Positions 1-8,245 of a stretch of DNA of 64,000 nucleotides are shown here, piece after piece. This DNA comes from Bdellovibrionota bacterium. Lineage in GTDB: Bacteria > Bdellovibrionota_C > UBA2361 > OMII01. Position 1 is the stretch's first letter. Each line of letters starts with the position of its first letter. The DNA lies in NCBI GenBank assembly GCA_044351795.1, contig JBILFA010000002.1, forward strand, positions 13,838 through 77,837, in the 5' to 3' direction. A program made the translations under genes and the position numbers. The notes under the pieces are model-generated. The model saw nothing but the letters and a program-made list of their open reading frames with translations. It made no database searches and was not told where the DNA came from.

Positions 1-1
1 G

Positions 2-1228
2 ATTGACGAGGAGGTCACCCATGCCGTACTTCGCCACAACAGCGAGCAAGCGTTGATGTTATCGATCTCCCAGCTGCACTCGAAAACAACGACTGAACAG
101 TACCGTCTCCTGGTCCGACTCATGGACAAGCTAGGATATCTCGATAGGCAACGCGACAATCTCCCCGATGAGTCAGAACTGGACCGACGAGCTGCAAACA
201 AGTTGGGGCTGTGCAGGCCGGAGCTCGCCCTGTGCAGCGCCGCTGTCAAGATGTGGATCAAAGAAGGATTGCGATCTTCGGCTCTGTGCAAAGACGAAGA
301 TGTGATCCCGCTCCTCTTGAGATACTTCCCGCACAAAGTACAGATCGAGCTCCGCGAGTCTGTACTCTCTCACCCACTCAAAGCCGATATCATAGCTAGT
401 GAGGTGGTCAACTCGCTATTACCAGCCGTCGGCATCTCTTACGTCAACTCCATCGTGACCATGCGCGGCGCATCAGTTCCTGCAGTCATGAAGTGCCTTC
501 TAGCAGCCGACCGAATTCTCAACACCGATGTTTTGCGAGAGAAGATTCGTCGGCTCGATACCACCGATAGCTGTGCTGACTTCACCCAATTATGGCTCGA
601 TATCGGAGTGGCGCTGCGAGAGGCCTCAGAATGGCTTTTGCACTACCATGGAGCATCCCTGGCGCTCGGAGAGATGGTGAAACTGTACTCGGACGCATTC
701 GATACACTTGCCCAGCATGCTGTCCGGGTATTTTCGGGAGAGGAGTTTGTCCGGTTTGAGCGTCGTGTAGAGCAGTACCGGCAGCTCGGCGCTTCCCATG
801 AAGAAGCTATCCTCTTCTCGTTGTATCGAAGAATCTTGCCTGTACTTGAAGTGCTATGGGCCGCACGCGAGTACAACCAAGATGTTCAGACCGTTGCATC
901 GGTCTTTTCTCAGGTATTCGACGACCTCGGAGTAAGCAACCTCTTCAAGTTCGAATCGATGATTGAAACCGCAAATAAATGGGAGCAGGAGTTGGTCAAT
1001 GGATCGTACCAGGAGATACGGCGTAACATCTCGCTCATCACCGGCCGGCTTTTGAGCAAGTCTCTTACGGCGAGCGAGGACATTCGAAAAGCCTTATATG
1101 CATCGGAAGGATTCGAAGCGATCCGCTCGACCATGCACGAAGTAAACGAGACTGCTCGTCAACGCAGACCGTTCCAGATAGCAGTACTGCCGGTTGTTTC
1201 TCGCCAGTTGCGCTTACTAGCAGTTTGA
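2..1228 (+). CDS. NAD-specific glutamate dehydrogenase (large Bac_GDH type), C-terminal part; the 5-prime end lies outside the window
   Basis: The frame is open from the window edge (IDEEVTHAVLRHNSEQALMLS...). It is collinear with the C-terminal region of large bacterial NAD-GDHs: VLRxNxxQxLxLS, LPDExELxxRxxxxxGLxRPELA, RYFP, then a helical tail. Confidence 0.8.
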   Translation: MDEEVTHAVLRHNSEQALMLSISQLHSKTTTEQYRLLVRLMDKLGYLDRQRDNLPDESELDRRAANKLGLCRPELALCSAAVKMWIKEGLRSSALCKDEDVIPLLLRYFPHKVQIELRESVLSHPLKADIIASEVVNSLLPAVGISYVNSIVTMRGASVPAVMKCLLAADRILNTDVLREKIRRLDTTDSCADFTQLWLDIGVALREASEWLLHYHGASLALGEMVKLYSDAFDTLAQHAVRVFSGEEFVRFERRVEQYRQLGASHEEAILFSLYRRILPVLEVLWAAREYNQDVQTVASVFSQVFDDLGVSNLFKFESMIETANKWEQELVNGSYQEIRRNISLITGRLLSKSLTASEDIRKALYASEGFEAIRSTMHEVNETARQRRPFQIAVLPVVSRQLRLLAV

Positions 1229-1261
1229 AGCGTGTAACCCTGTCTACGAACCCACGCTGTT

Positions 1262-4200
1262 CTACATGACAGGGTTCGAGGCAATCTGCTGGTCTAGAAT
1301 AATCTTCTGCAACTCCAGAGCACGCTCGTTCTGCGGCTCAAAGAGCAATATCTTTTCGACCTCGAGTCGAGCCTGAGAAACCTTGCCTTGCTTGAACAGA
1401 ACGCCGGCAAGGGAATACAGCATGTCGATGCTCGCTGGGTGAAGCTCGAGGTAGGCATTCAGAAGGTTCTCGATCTCCCCAAAGCGCCGGAGCGGATATC
1501 CAAGCTGTAGAACTCCAAAGATAGCTCTGTGGTTCTCCGGATTCCTCTTGGCTGCTTGCATAAAGAAGTCGAAGGCCGTCTCCTCCTGGTTCCCTACCAT
1601 GGCACACAACCCTAATCCTGCAAGCGCTACGTCGTAGCCGGGCTCGACTCGGAGAGCCTCCTCAAACAAGGCTTTCGCCTCGGGCCATCGTTGGGCGTCT
1701 GCGATGAGGGCACCTTTTCCACACAAAGCTCTGGCGCACGCGGGATTCTCATTGAGAACTCGCTCGTAGATGAGCGCCGCTGCTCCGAGATCACCATCAA
1801 GCACCAAAAACTCTGCTTCGAGACACCTGGCTCGCTGGAGCTGTGACGTGCTCAGACCCGTCGAGGACGAGACCTTGTCTAATTCGGTCTTGGCCTCCTC
1901 AAAGAGCCGTTGTCGCTTGAGGTCCTCGACCTTCTCCAAAATACTCTCAAGGTAGCTATTCCCCTCTACTGTAGCTCTTGCCATCGGCACTGAAGTAATA
2001 GTTCCTGAGGTCGTCGGCACCTCTGGAAGTTTCACGTGCTCGCTCTCATGGACCGCGGTGTGCCTTTGAGGACTCTCAGAGTTAACTTTCCACTCCGTAA
2101 TCCTCTTCGAGAGCTCTGCCAAGGACTCCTGGAGCGGATTAGTCGGGAGCTGAGCGGATTCTGATTTCGCTTCATGAGCCCCACCACTCGGCAACATCCC
2201 CCTTCCGACCTCCACTGGAGATGAAACCGGCACTGTAGGATCTGCCATGGACACCTCAGATTCACGCTCTTTGAGCAGCTTTTGTAGTTCGAGAGCTGCA
2301 CCATGCGTCGGCGTAACATTCAAGACCTTTGTGAGCTCATCTCGTGACTGGCGTAAAAGCCCTTGCTTGAAGAGGCAGCCCGCGTAGCAATAGCGGATCT
2401 CTGTATCATCGCCCTTGACCGCCAGATACCGCTCGAGAACCCGCTTCAGTTCCTCTAAAGAGCCGAGCTGATATGCACATTCCATGAATTGATGTACCGC
2501 AACCAGATGATCAGGTGCGATATTGAGGGCACTGCGTAAGTACGGAACGGCTTCTGAATGCTTGCGATCCAACAACTCGCACATGCCTCGACCCGTCAAC
2601 ACCTTTGGATCTTCAGGATCTATCGTCAAGGCACGCTCGAACATGGCCTTGGCATCTTCTATCTTGGATTGCGCCAAATACACTGCTCCAATCGCCTTCA
2701 GAACACGGACCGACTTCGGATCCATTTTCTCGGCCTTGCGCAGATGCTCGAGAGCGAGATCGAACTCCATACTCTTGGCAGCGAGCTCACCTACCTCAAG
2801 ACTATCCTGAAACTCTGCCGGATTCATGCTCATGTCGTAGACGCCTGTCATTTTTGGACTAGCGTCTTGCCGAGAGATCCCGACAATTCGTTCGTACGCA
2901 AGAATGGTGGAGTCGATCGCTTTTTGCCATGTATGGGACCGCGCCATATCAACCAACCCCGGCTTTATCGGCGCATAGTAAGCGGCCATCACGGCAGAAG
3001 CGATTGAGTCTTCACTACCCGGAAGACAATAAAAGGCTTTATCTCCTACGTAGTCAGCTGTGGTGCCGGTACGGGTCACCACGATATTTTTCCCGTGTGC
3101 TGCAGCCTCGAGAGAGACCAACCCAGGCAGCTCGTACCAACTCGGTAGAACGTGCACTCGCGCGGCGGCATACGCAGATGAAAGCATCTCGGGAGAAAGA
3201 CGATCGAGGATCAAAGTCTTTCCCCTGCGCTTGAAGGAGCGAACAGCTCGCTCGTACTCCGGTTGATACGAAAAACCACCTGCTGCAAGCACTACCGTCA
3301 GATCGCTGTCCTCGAGAGCCTTGAGCAACATTAGCTGGTTTTTACGGCTCTCAATACGGCCGACACACAATACGAAGTCTTTGACTGCATACTCCTTCTC
3401 GAAAGCATCCGAGGTAGAAACAGCCCCTACCTCGTGGCCCAGCGGAATTTCAACTACATTCTTTGCTTCTAGATAATCACGCCGGAGAGCTCGTGCTTCT
3501 CCCGCACCGTTCGCGAAGAGCGCTGCTGCATGCTGAGCGATCCAGTCGCATTGGAAACGAGGAGCCCTGGGAACTGCAGACGAGTCTGTGCACGCGCTCA
3601 ACCACCAATCGTTGTTCTGTCCTCGATTTACGTACTCAACGAGGCGAGACGCTACGGCATGCGACTGGTTATGGAAATCGGGAAGATCTTCATAGAGGGT
3701 AGTAACGACGTATGGAATCCCGGCAGTGTGGGCTCGTTGGGCCAGCTCTCGGGTGTAGTCGACCGTGGCGAAGTTGAAAAGGTGTACGAGGTCGAATTGC
3801 TTCGGGTCTTGCATCGCATCGACATCAACGACTGCGTCCCATCCGCGGCTCATCAAACCGTCCCGCAGCTTTTCAAGAACCACTGTATCCCCTCCTCGGT
3901 GCGTGAAGGTGCTGGGGCGGTTCTGTATTAACACTCGGTTTTTTCTCGACGGTGTGTTTGTTGTGGTTGTCACGGTCTTCTCCTTACTGTGCTCCTCCCT
4001 CTTGAGCTCCCGCGGAGCTAAAGAAAAACCGAGCGATCGATAGATATCAGTTACACGTTCAGCAATTCGGGGCCAACAATTGCGCTCACAATACGCCCGC
4101 GCGGTACGCCCAAGCTCCTCGCGAAGCTGTGGATTTTGGAGTATCAATTCGGCTGCTAATCCCGGACCGTAGCCTGCGGTGAGGTGCCACACGGCATCAC

Positions 4201-5200
4201 CGAACCCCATCATGGACGGCGCAAGCGAGGTCATAACGATAGCTCCTGCGCCCAAAGCCAGCGCACATGCCCCGGAAGCCTCGAAATGCTGTGAGCGATA
4301 GTTCATGACGACTATGTCGGAGGCTGCTAGGTACTCCCCGACTTGCTCATCAGTAACAAACGAGGAAACGAAATCAACACAGTCACCCGCTCCATTGGAC
4401 CGCACTAGGTCTTTCAGAGCCTGTGCATACGCTTGGCTGTGTGGATCATCGGTGCGGGTCTCACCTACGATAAGTCCCCTCACCCGAATTCCCCTTTGCT
4501 TGAGATGGACAACCGCCTCAATTACGGCCTCCATGCCCTTATGAGGCTGAACGAATCCGAAGGCTGCGATAATCGGGGAGTCCTCGCACAGCCCTAACTT
4601 TTTCCGCAACGAACGCTTTGTTTCCTGCACCCCAGGTGCGCGAATAACTACACCGTGAGAAACAACTTCCACGCATGACGGCTCGCAACCGTTGGCGATA
4701 GCTTCCAAGCGGTTCTCGGGTGAGTGAACCAAGACCTTATCGGCGTTCGAGACGAGGTAGCGGAGATCTTCGGTAGACGTAAAGAGATTGTGGATCTGAA
4801 CGATCACCTTCGTTCCCAGACCGCGCACCTCCTTGAGGAATCGGGTGAAGGCGGGCTGAACGAAGAAGCGCGACTGGCAATTGAGGTGCAGGATCCCTAT
4901 CCTTTCTCGAAGGACGACCGCCTTGAGCTCTGAGTAATCGCCCGGTGAGACGCCTGTTCCTGCTCGAGTCCAGCACCGCCTTACGAACGGTTCATCCGGC
5001 TGTGTCGTTTCAATAACCCGTTCTGCTAACACCACAAACTCGTGAGAGGCGAACTGCTCGACGAGAAAGCGCCCATAGGTAGCCAGACCGCACACCTGAT
5101 TCCATGGCGACAAAAACCCTATCTTGGTCGGCACCAAGCCGTCGGTCGTGCTTTTAGGGCCCTTAACGGGCAACTGGCTACCAGCGCAGTGAGAGCTCAT
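1262..5200 (-). CDS. Multidomain glycosyltransferase: two tandem GT4 (group 1) domains plus a C-terminal TPR repeat region of about 490 aa
   Basis: 1312-aa ORF with an ATG start and a GGAGGGAGAAGG Shine-Dalgarno region upstream. There are two GT-B C-terminal signatures: FGFVQPHKG...EASGACALALGAGAIVMTS, and CVGRIESRKNQ...ELPGLVSLEAAAHGKNIVV. The C-terminal half is made of 34-aa TPR-like repeats (A..YLAQSKIEDAKAMFERALTIDPEDPK and similar). Confidence 0.8.
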   Translation of the reverse strand: MSSHCAGSQLPVKGPKSTTDGLVPTKIGFLSPWNQVCGLATYGRFLVEQFASHEFVVLAERVIETTQPDEPFVRRCWTRAGTGVSPGDYSELKAVVLRERIGILHLNCQSRFFVQPAFTRFLKEVRGLGTKVIVQIHNLFTSTEDLRYLVSNADKVLVHSPENRLEAIANGCEPSCVEVVSHGVVIRAPGVQETKRSLRKKLGLCEDSPIIAAFGFVQPHKGMEAVIEAVVHLKQRGIRVRGLIVGETRTDDPHSQAYAQALKDLVRSNGAGDCVDFVSSFVTDEQVGEYLAASDIVVMNYRSQHFEASGACALALGAGAIVMTSLAPSMMGFGDAVWHLTAGYGPGLAAELILQNPQLREELGRTARAYCERNCWPRIAERVTDIYRSLGFSLAPRELKREEHSKEKTVTTTTNTPSRKNRVLIQNRPSTFTHRGGDTVVLEKLRDGLMSRGWDAVVDVDAMQDPKQFDLVHLFNFATVDYTRELAQRAHTAGIPYVVTTLYEDLPDFHNQSHAVASRLVEYVNRGQNNDWWLSACTDSSAVPRAPRFQCDWIAQHAAALFANGAGEARALRRDYLEAKNVVEIPLGHEVGAVSTSDAFEKEYAVKDFVLCVGRIESRKNQLMLLKALEDSDLTVVLAAGGFSYQPEYERAVRSFKRRGKTLILDRLSPEMLSSAYAAARVHVLPSWYELPGLVSLEAAAHGKNIVVTRTGTTADYVGDKAFYCLPGSEDSIASAVMAAYYAPIKPGLVDMARSHTWQKAIDSTILAYERIVGISRQDASPKMTGVYDMSMNPAEFQDSLEVGELAAKSMEFDLALEHLRKAEKMDPKSVRVLKAIGAVYLAQSKIEDAKAMFERALTIDPEDPKVLTGRGMCELLDRKHSEAVPYLRSALNIAPDHLVAVHQFMECAYQLGSLEELKRVLERYLAVKGDDTEIRYCYAGCLFKQGLLRQSRDELTKVLNVTPTHGAALELQKLLKERESEVSMADPTVPVSSPVEVGRGMLPSGGAHEAKSESAQLPTNPLQESLAELSKRITEWKVNSESPQRHTAVHESEHVKLPEVPTTSGTITSVPMARATVEGNSYLESILEKVEDLKRQRLFEEAKTELDKVSSSTGLSTSQLQRARCLEAEFLVLDGDLGAAALIYERVLNENPACARALCGKGALIADAQRWPEAKALFEEALRVEPGYDVALAGLGLCAMVGNQEETAFDFFMQAAKRNPENHRAIFGVLQLGYPLRRFGEIENLLNAYLELHPASIDMLYSLAGVLFKQGKVSQARLEVEKILLFEPQNERALELQKIILDQQIASNPVM

Positions 5201-5273
5201 GCAAAATTTCCGTCCTTCTCCCTCCTGGGGATTAGTGATTATGATGCAGGGTCGCCGCGATTGGCGCCGGGAA

Positions 5274-5345
5274 TTTAAGCTCTTCGTGGATTCGAGTGGG
5301 TAACTTTGGTGCTAGCGGGCCGTGAACGTGAACGTACCCGATAAA
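5274..5345. repeat. Copy A of a repeated intergenic element (TCTTCGTGgaTTCGAGTGGGTA ... CGTGAACGTGAACGTACCCGA)
   Basis: 5281-5302 matches 58984-59005 at 20 of 22 positions. A spacer of similar length and partial similarity follows. Both copies then carry an identical CGTGAACGTG. 5321-5343 also matches 22867-22889 with only 2 mismatches. Confidence 0.7.
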
Positions 5346-5703
5346 TCAGATAGCTTTGGTCGAGGCTTGCAGATGCCCCATCTATCACGGTGCTTATCCG
5401 AAAAGTGAAGAGCCCGAAAGAAATTCAGTTCCTTTTTGAAGCTGCCGACATCTATCTACAAGAGACAAAGTTAGCGGGCAGAATACGCATCAATCTGTTG
5501 ACGCAAGGCGGTCCTTGCTTGAGCAGAGAGAAACGTCGTGAAAGGTTATCGAGGACCATTTCACGTTTTGGAAGGAATCAAGATTCCCCCTTGTTTTTTT
5601 TGTTTTTTAGTTTTTCTCCGTTTTTACTGTTTTGACGAAGATTCTTCTCTGCTCTCCTTTTCTCCTCTTCACTGATACATAACACAGTGGTCTTGAAATG
5701 CAT

Positions 5704-5737
5704 GAGGCCGGGTAGCGCTCTGACGCTACCCGGCCTC
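5704..5737 (-). terminator. Perfect 14-bp stem / 6-nt loop hairpin downstream of the 5876-6487 gene
   Basis: GAGGCCGGGTAGCG-ctctga-CGCTACCCGGCCTC. It lies about 140 nt after the stop of the minus-strand operon. Only a weak U-tract (AUGCAUUUCAA) follows on the minus strand, so its function as a terminator is uncertain. Confidence 0.45.
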
Positions 5738-5875
5738 TCAAGCTGCCTATCTAATACCTCGTGCGCTTCCGGCTTTTGAGCCCGCTGTTGTATTCGCGAG
5801 CGTCGCGGCTACGGCAGCGCTCCGTGCACCTAGTGCGCGAAGCGCTGCCGTACTCGGCCGTTTCTCGATTTGTTT

Positions 5876-6487
5876 CTAGACAGCCGTCGCGGGCGCCTGG
5901 ACATCGCGCGCCACCCGACGGCAAACATCCTCGAGTTTATCGAGCTTGGGCTCGAGATCCTTCTCGAGACTTTCACCGAGAGCCCACCATGACTGGTAGA
6001 GCTGTTGCTGACATATCTTTTTACAGGTTTCCGATATATCTTGAACTTCAGTCGAGATATCAAGCCTATCGCGCTTCATTTCAGGAACGAGCTGCAGCAA
6101 CGTTCCGTACCATTCGAAGAAAGCTCTCAAGGTGTCTACTGCGATCTTCAAGCGCTTATTGCCGACCTGCATATCTCCATCTTGGAAGCCTTTTCGAGCA
6201 TCTCTGAATTCGAGAAAACACGAGCGCACTACCGTTGAAGCGTCTTGAATACGCTCTGCAACATACTCCTCTGGATTCCCAGTTTTCACGTCAAGAATCT
6301 CGCCCGAGATCTGTGCTACGCTTTTGACCCACTCGTCATCCGTCAGCTCGCGATTATCAATCTGGACGAAGGTGATCATGTGCTCAGGATCAATCGATGC
6401 CTTGATGAGCTCGATCAGATCTGCGAAACGAGGCACGTCCATCGCATTGATATCCGTTAATTCGCCATTAATCCTTATCTTCAACAT
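5876..6487 (-). CDS. Hypothetical protein (203 aa), last gene of the fliS-proximal transferase operon
   Basis: ATG at 6487 is preceded by AGGAG at 5-nt spacing; the ORF track begins 2 codons upstream at a GTG. The N-terminal ~70 aa (MLKIRINGEL...ITFVQIDNRELTDDEW...GEILDVKTG) resemble a ThiS/MoaD-like beta-grasp pattern without the terminal GG. The rest is predicted to be helical. No family was recognised. Confidence 0.6.
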   Translation of the reverse strand: MLKIRINGELTDINAMDVPRFADLIELIKASIDPEHMITFVQIDNRELTDDEWVKSVAQISGEILDVKTGNPEEYVAERIQDASTVVRSCFLEFRDARKGFQDGDMQVGNKRLKIAVDTLRAFFEWYGTLLQLVPEMKRDRLDISTEVQDISETCKKICQQQLYQSWWALGESLEKDLEPKLDKLEDVCRRVARDVQAPATAV

Positions 6488-6587
6488 AGCCACTCCTGTT
6501 TCTCAGAAAACCTGCGTTAGGTGCCCAAATCCGTCTATCTGTCTTAAAAGCGTATATCTGAGGAAATCCCCTCACCTTCCGCTCTCC

Positions 6588-8240
6588 TTACGAATCGATG
6601 TAGTACGTCTCGAACTTCCTGCATCGTCGCTCTAGGTCCTGGTAGACTCTATTCATTTGAGATGCGAGGTCGATAGGATCGGATCCCTGTAAATTTTCCT
6701 TGGCGAAGACAAACATACGCGACAGAGGGCCGAGCGATCCGTGGTGAAAGCCCAACTCCTCGATAAATCTATCTAATTCACTCAATTCTTTGTTTACGAC
6801 ACCAAGTTGCGAGGCAGGGGATGCTCTATCATTTACAAGTCGCACGAGCTCATTGATGAGTACTTGCCCTTTTTCGGCGCACTCGGCGATCTTGTTCAAG
6901 CCGTCCACATGGGGCTCGAGTACCTTGAGTGTCGACGCCGAGCTGACTTTCGACTCACGCGACATCTCGTAGCCGCCAAGCTCATCGAGCCACAACTTGC
7001 GGTAGGCGCTCCGATACCGCTTGAAGGAGTCATTTACTCCCTGATTGATGGGAGCGAGATCGCAGAAGCCTCGGTCATCGAAGCACGAGCGATATACGAT
7101 GACTTGATTAGGGTCGGCGACGTCCGGGGAGACAGATACGACATCCCCTGCAAGGCGCTGTATGGTGAGATAAGCCATCAGCTCAGGCGTAATATTGTCG
7201 TGGCAGTCCGGACGTGCACATGATTTGTTGGGATTACACGGCCCACATCCTATTACCGGCTGAAGCACGATATTGCCTTCGCTATAGGGGCCGGTTTCGA
7301 AACCGAGCGCAGAAGCCAAAAACATTGCTACTACGGGGGTATCGACCGCTACCGCCATATGCATCGTTCCGGTATCACCGGTGATCAATATCTCGGCTCG
7401 CTCTACCAAAGCAGCCAGCTGGGGAACAGAGGTCTTACCCGCAAAAGACACCACATCAGGAGATGCACAGCCTGCCACAATAGCGTCAAGGATATGCGCC
7501 TCCTTGGCCGAACCGGTCAGCATCACACGGGCGTTATGCTGGTTTACCAAGATCTTTGCCAGTTGCACGAACTTCTGCGGATCCCATTGGCGTTTGCCCT
7601 GGCTTGCACCGGCTTGAATCGCTATCAATGGGCCGTCATTCGTAAAGCCTGCTTCACGAATCAAGCCATCACAGTATTCACGGGCGGTGGGCTCTACATT
7701 AATGAGCAACTTTCGGGGGTGTTCCTCCACATCCGCAGAACACCTGAAAATATCGACGAGATTCAAAGAGTTGAACTGCCTGTTCTGGTGAAAGACAGAG
7801 GTCGCAAAGAGGCGAGCCCATTCCGACTCTATCACGCGATATCCCTCCTCATCTGCAGTCCACCCTCCACTCCGCGTGATTCCCACTAAATTGAGGAGAA
7901 GCGCGGTATATGCCGAGGATGACATATTGAGACAGTAGTCGAAGTTCTGCTTGCGCAGGTTTTCGACGACCTCGGTGATATACTCGAAGGCATCGATGAC
8001 ACCATCCTGCTCCCGAGCTATTGACCGACAGGTGAAACCAAGATCAATTCCAACGACCTCGTCGATATGCGGGATAACGGAGCACACCTCCGAAAACTGC
8101 TTTTCGACCAACACCGTGATGTGACAATCGGGGTTTTCGGCCTTCAGCCCGGCGATAGTGGGAGTAGCCTGTAACATATCACCGAGACGGGTTATATTGA
8201 CGAGAAGAACCTTCTTCTTGTGAGCATGACGCTTCTTCAT
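6588..8240 (-). CDS. GT9-family (heptosyltransferase-like) glycosyltransferase with a C-terminal helical extension of about 170 aa
   Basis: The N-terminus KKVLLVNITRLGDMLQATPTIAGLK is the typical GT9 opening. The later ITGDTGTMHMAVAVDTPVVAMF matches the GT9 nucleotide-sugar binding region. The start lies 5 nt after the upstream gene's stop. Confidence 0.75.
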   Translation of the reverse strand: MKKRHAHKKKVLLVNITRLGDMLQATPTIAGLKAENPDCHITVLVEKQFSEVCSVIPHIDEVVGIDLGFTCRSIAREQDGVIDAFEYITEVVENLRKQNFDYCLNMSSSAYTALLLNLVGITRSGGWTADEEGYRVIESEWARLFATSVFHQNRQFNSLNLVDIFRCSADVEEHPRKLLINVEPTAREYCDGLIREAGFTNDGPLIAIQAGASQGKRQWDPQKFVQLAKILVNQHNARVMLTGSAKEAHILDAIVAGCASPDVVSFAGKTSVPQLAALVERAEILITGDTGTMHMAVAVDTPVVAMFLASALGFETGPYSEGNIVLQPVIGCGPCNPNKSCARPDCHDNITPELMAYLTIQRLAGDVVSVSPDVADPNQVIVYRSCFDDRGFCDLAPINQGVNDSFKRYRSAYRKLWLDELGGYEMSRESKVSSASTLKVLEPHVDGLNKIAECAEKGQVLINELVRLVNDRASPASQLGVVNKELSELDRFIEELGFHHGSLGPLSRMFVFAKENLQGSDPIDLASQMNRVYQDLERRCRKFETYYIDS

Positions 8241-8245
8241 ATCAT

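Noticed and set aside
5390-5640. 81-aa ORF and a pyrimidine/T-rich tract (TTGTTTTTTTTGTTTTTTAGTTTTTCTCCGTTTTTACTGTTTTG) in the 5.2-5.9 kb intergenic region
   Set aside because: The ORF ends in a translation of the T-tract (FFLFFSFSPFLLF) and has no Shine-Dalgarno. The tract may be an A-tract/UP-like or curvature element for the minus-strand GT gene, but I cannot support a specific function.
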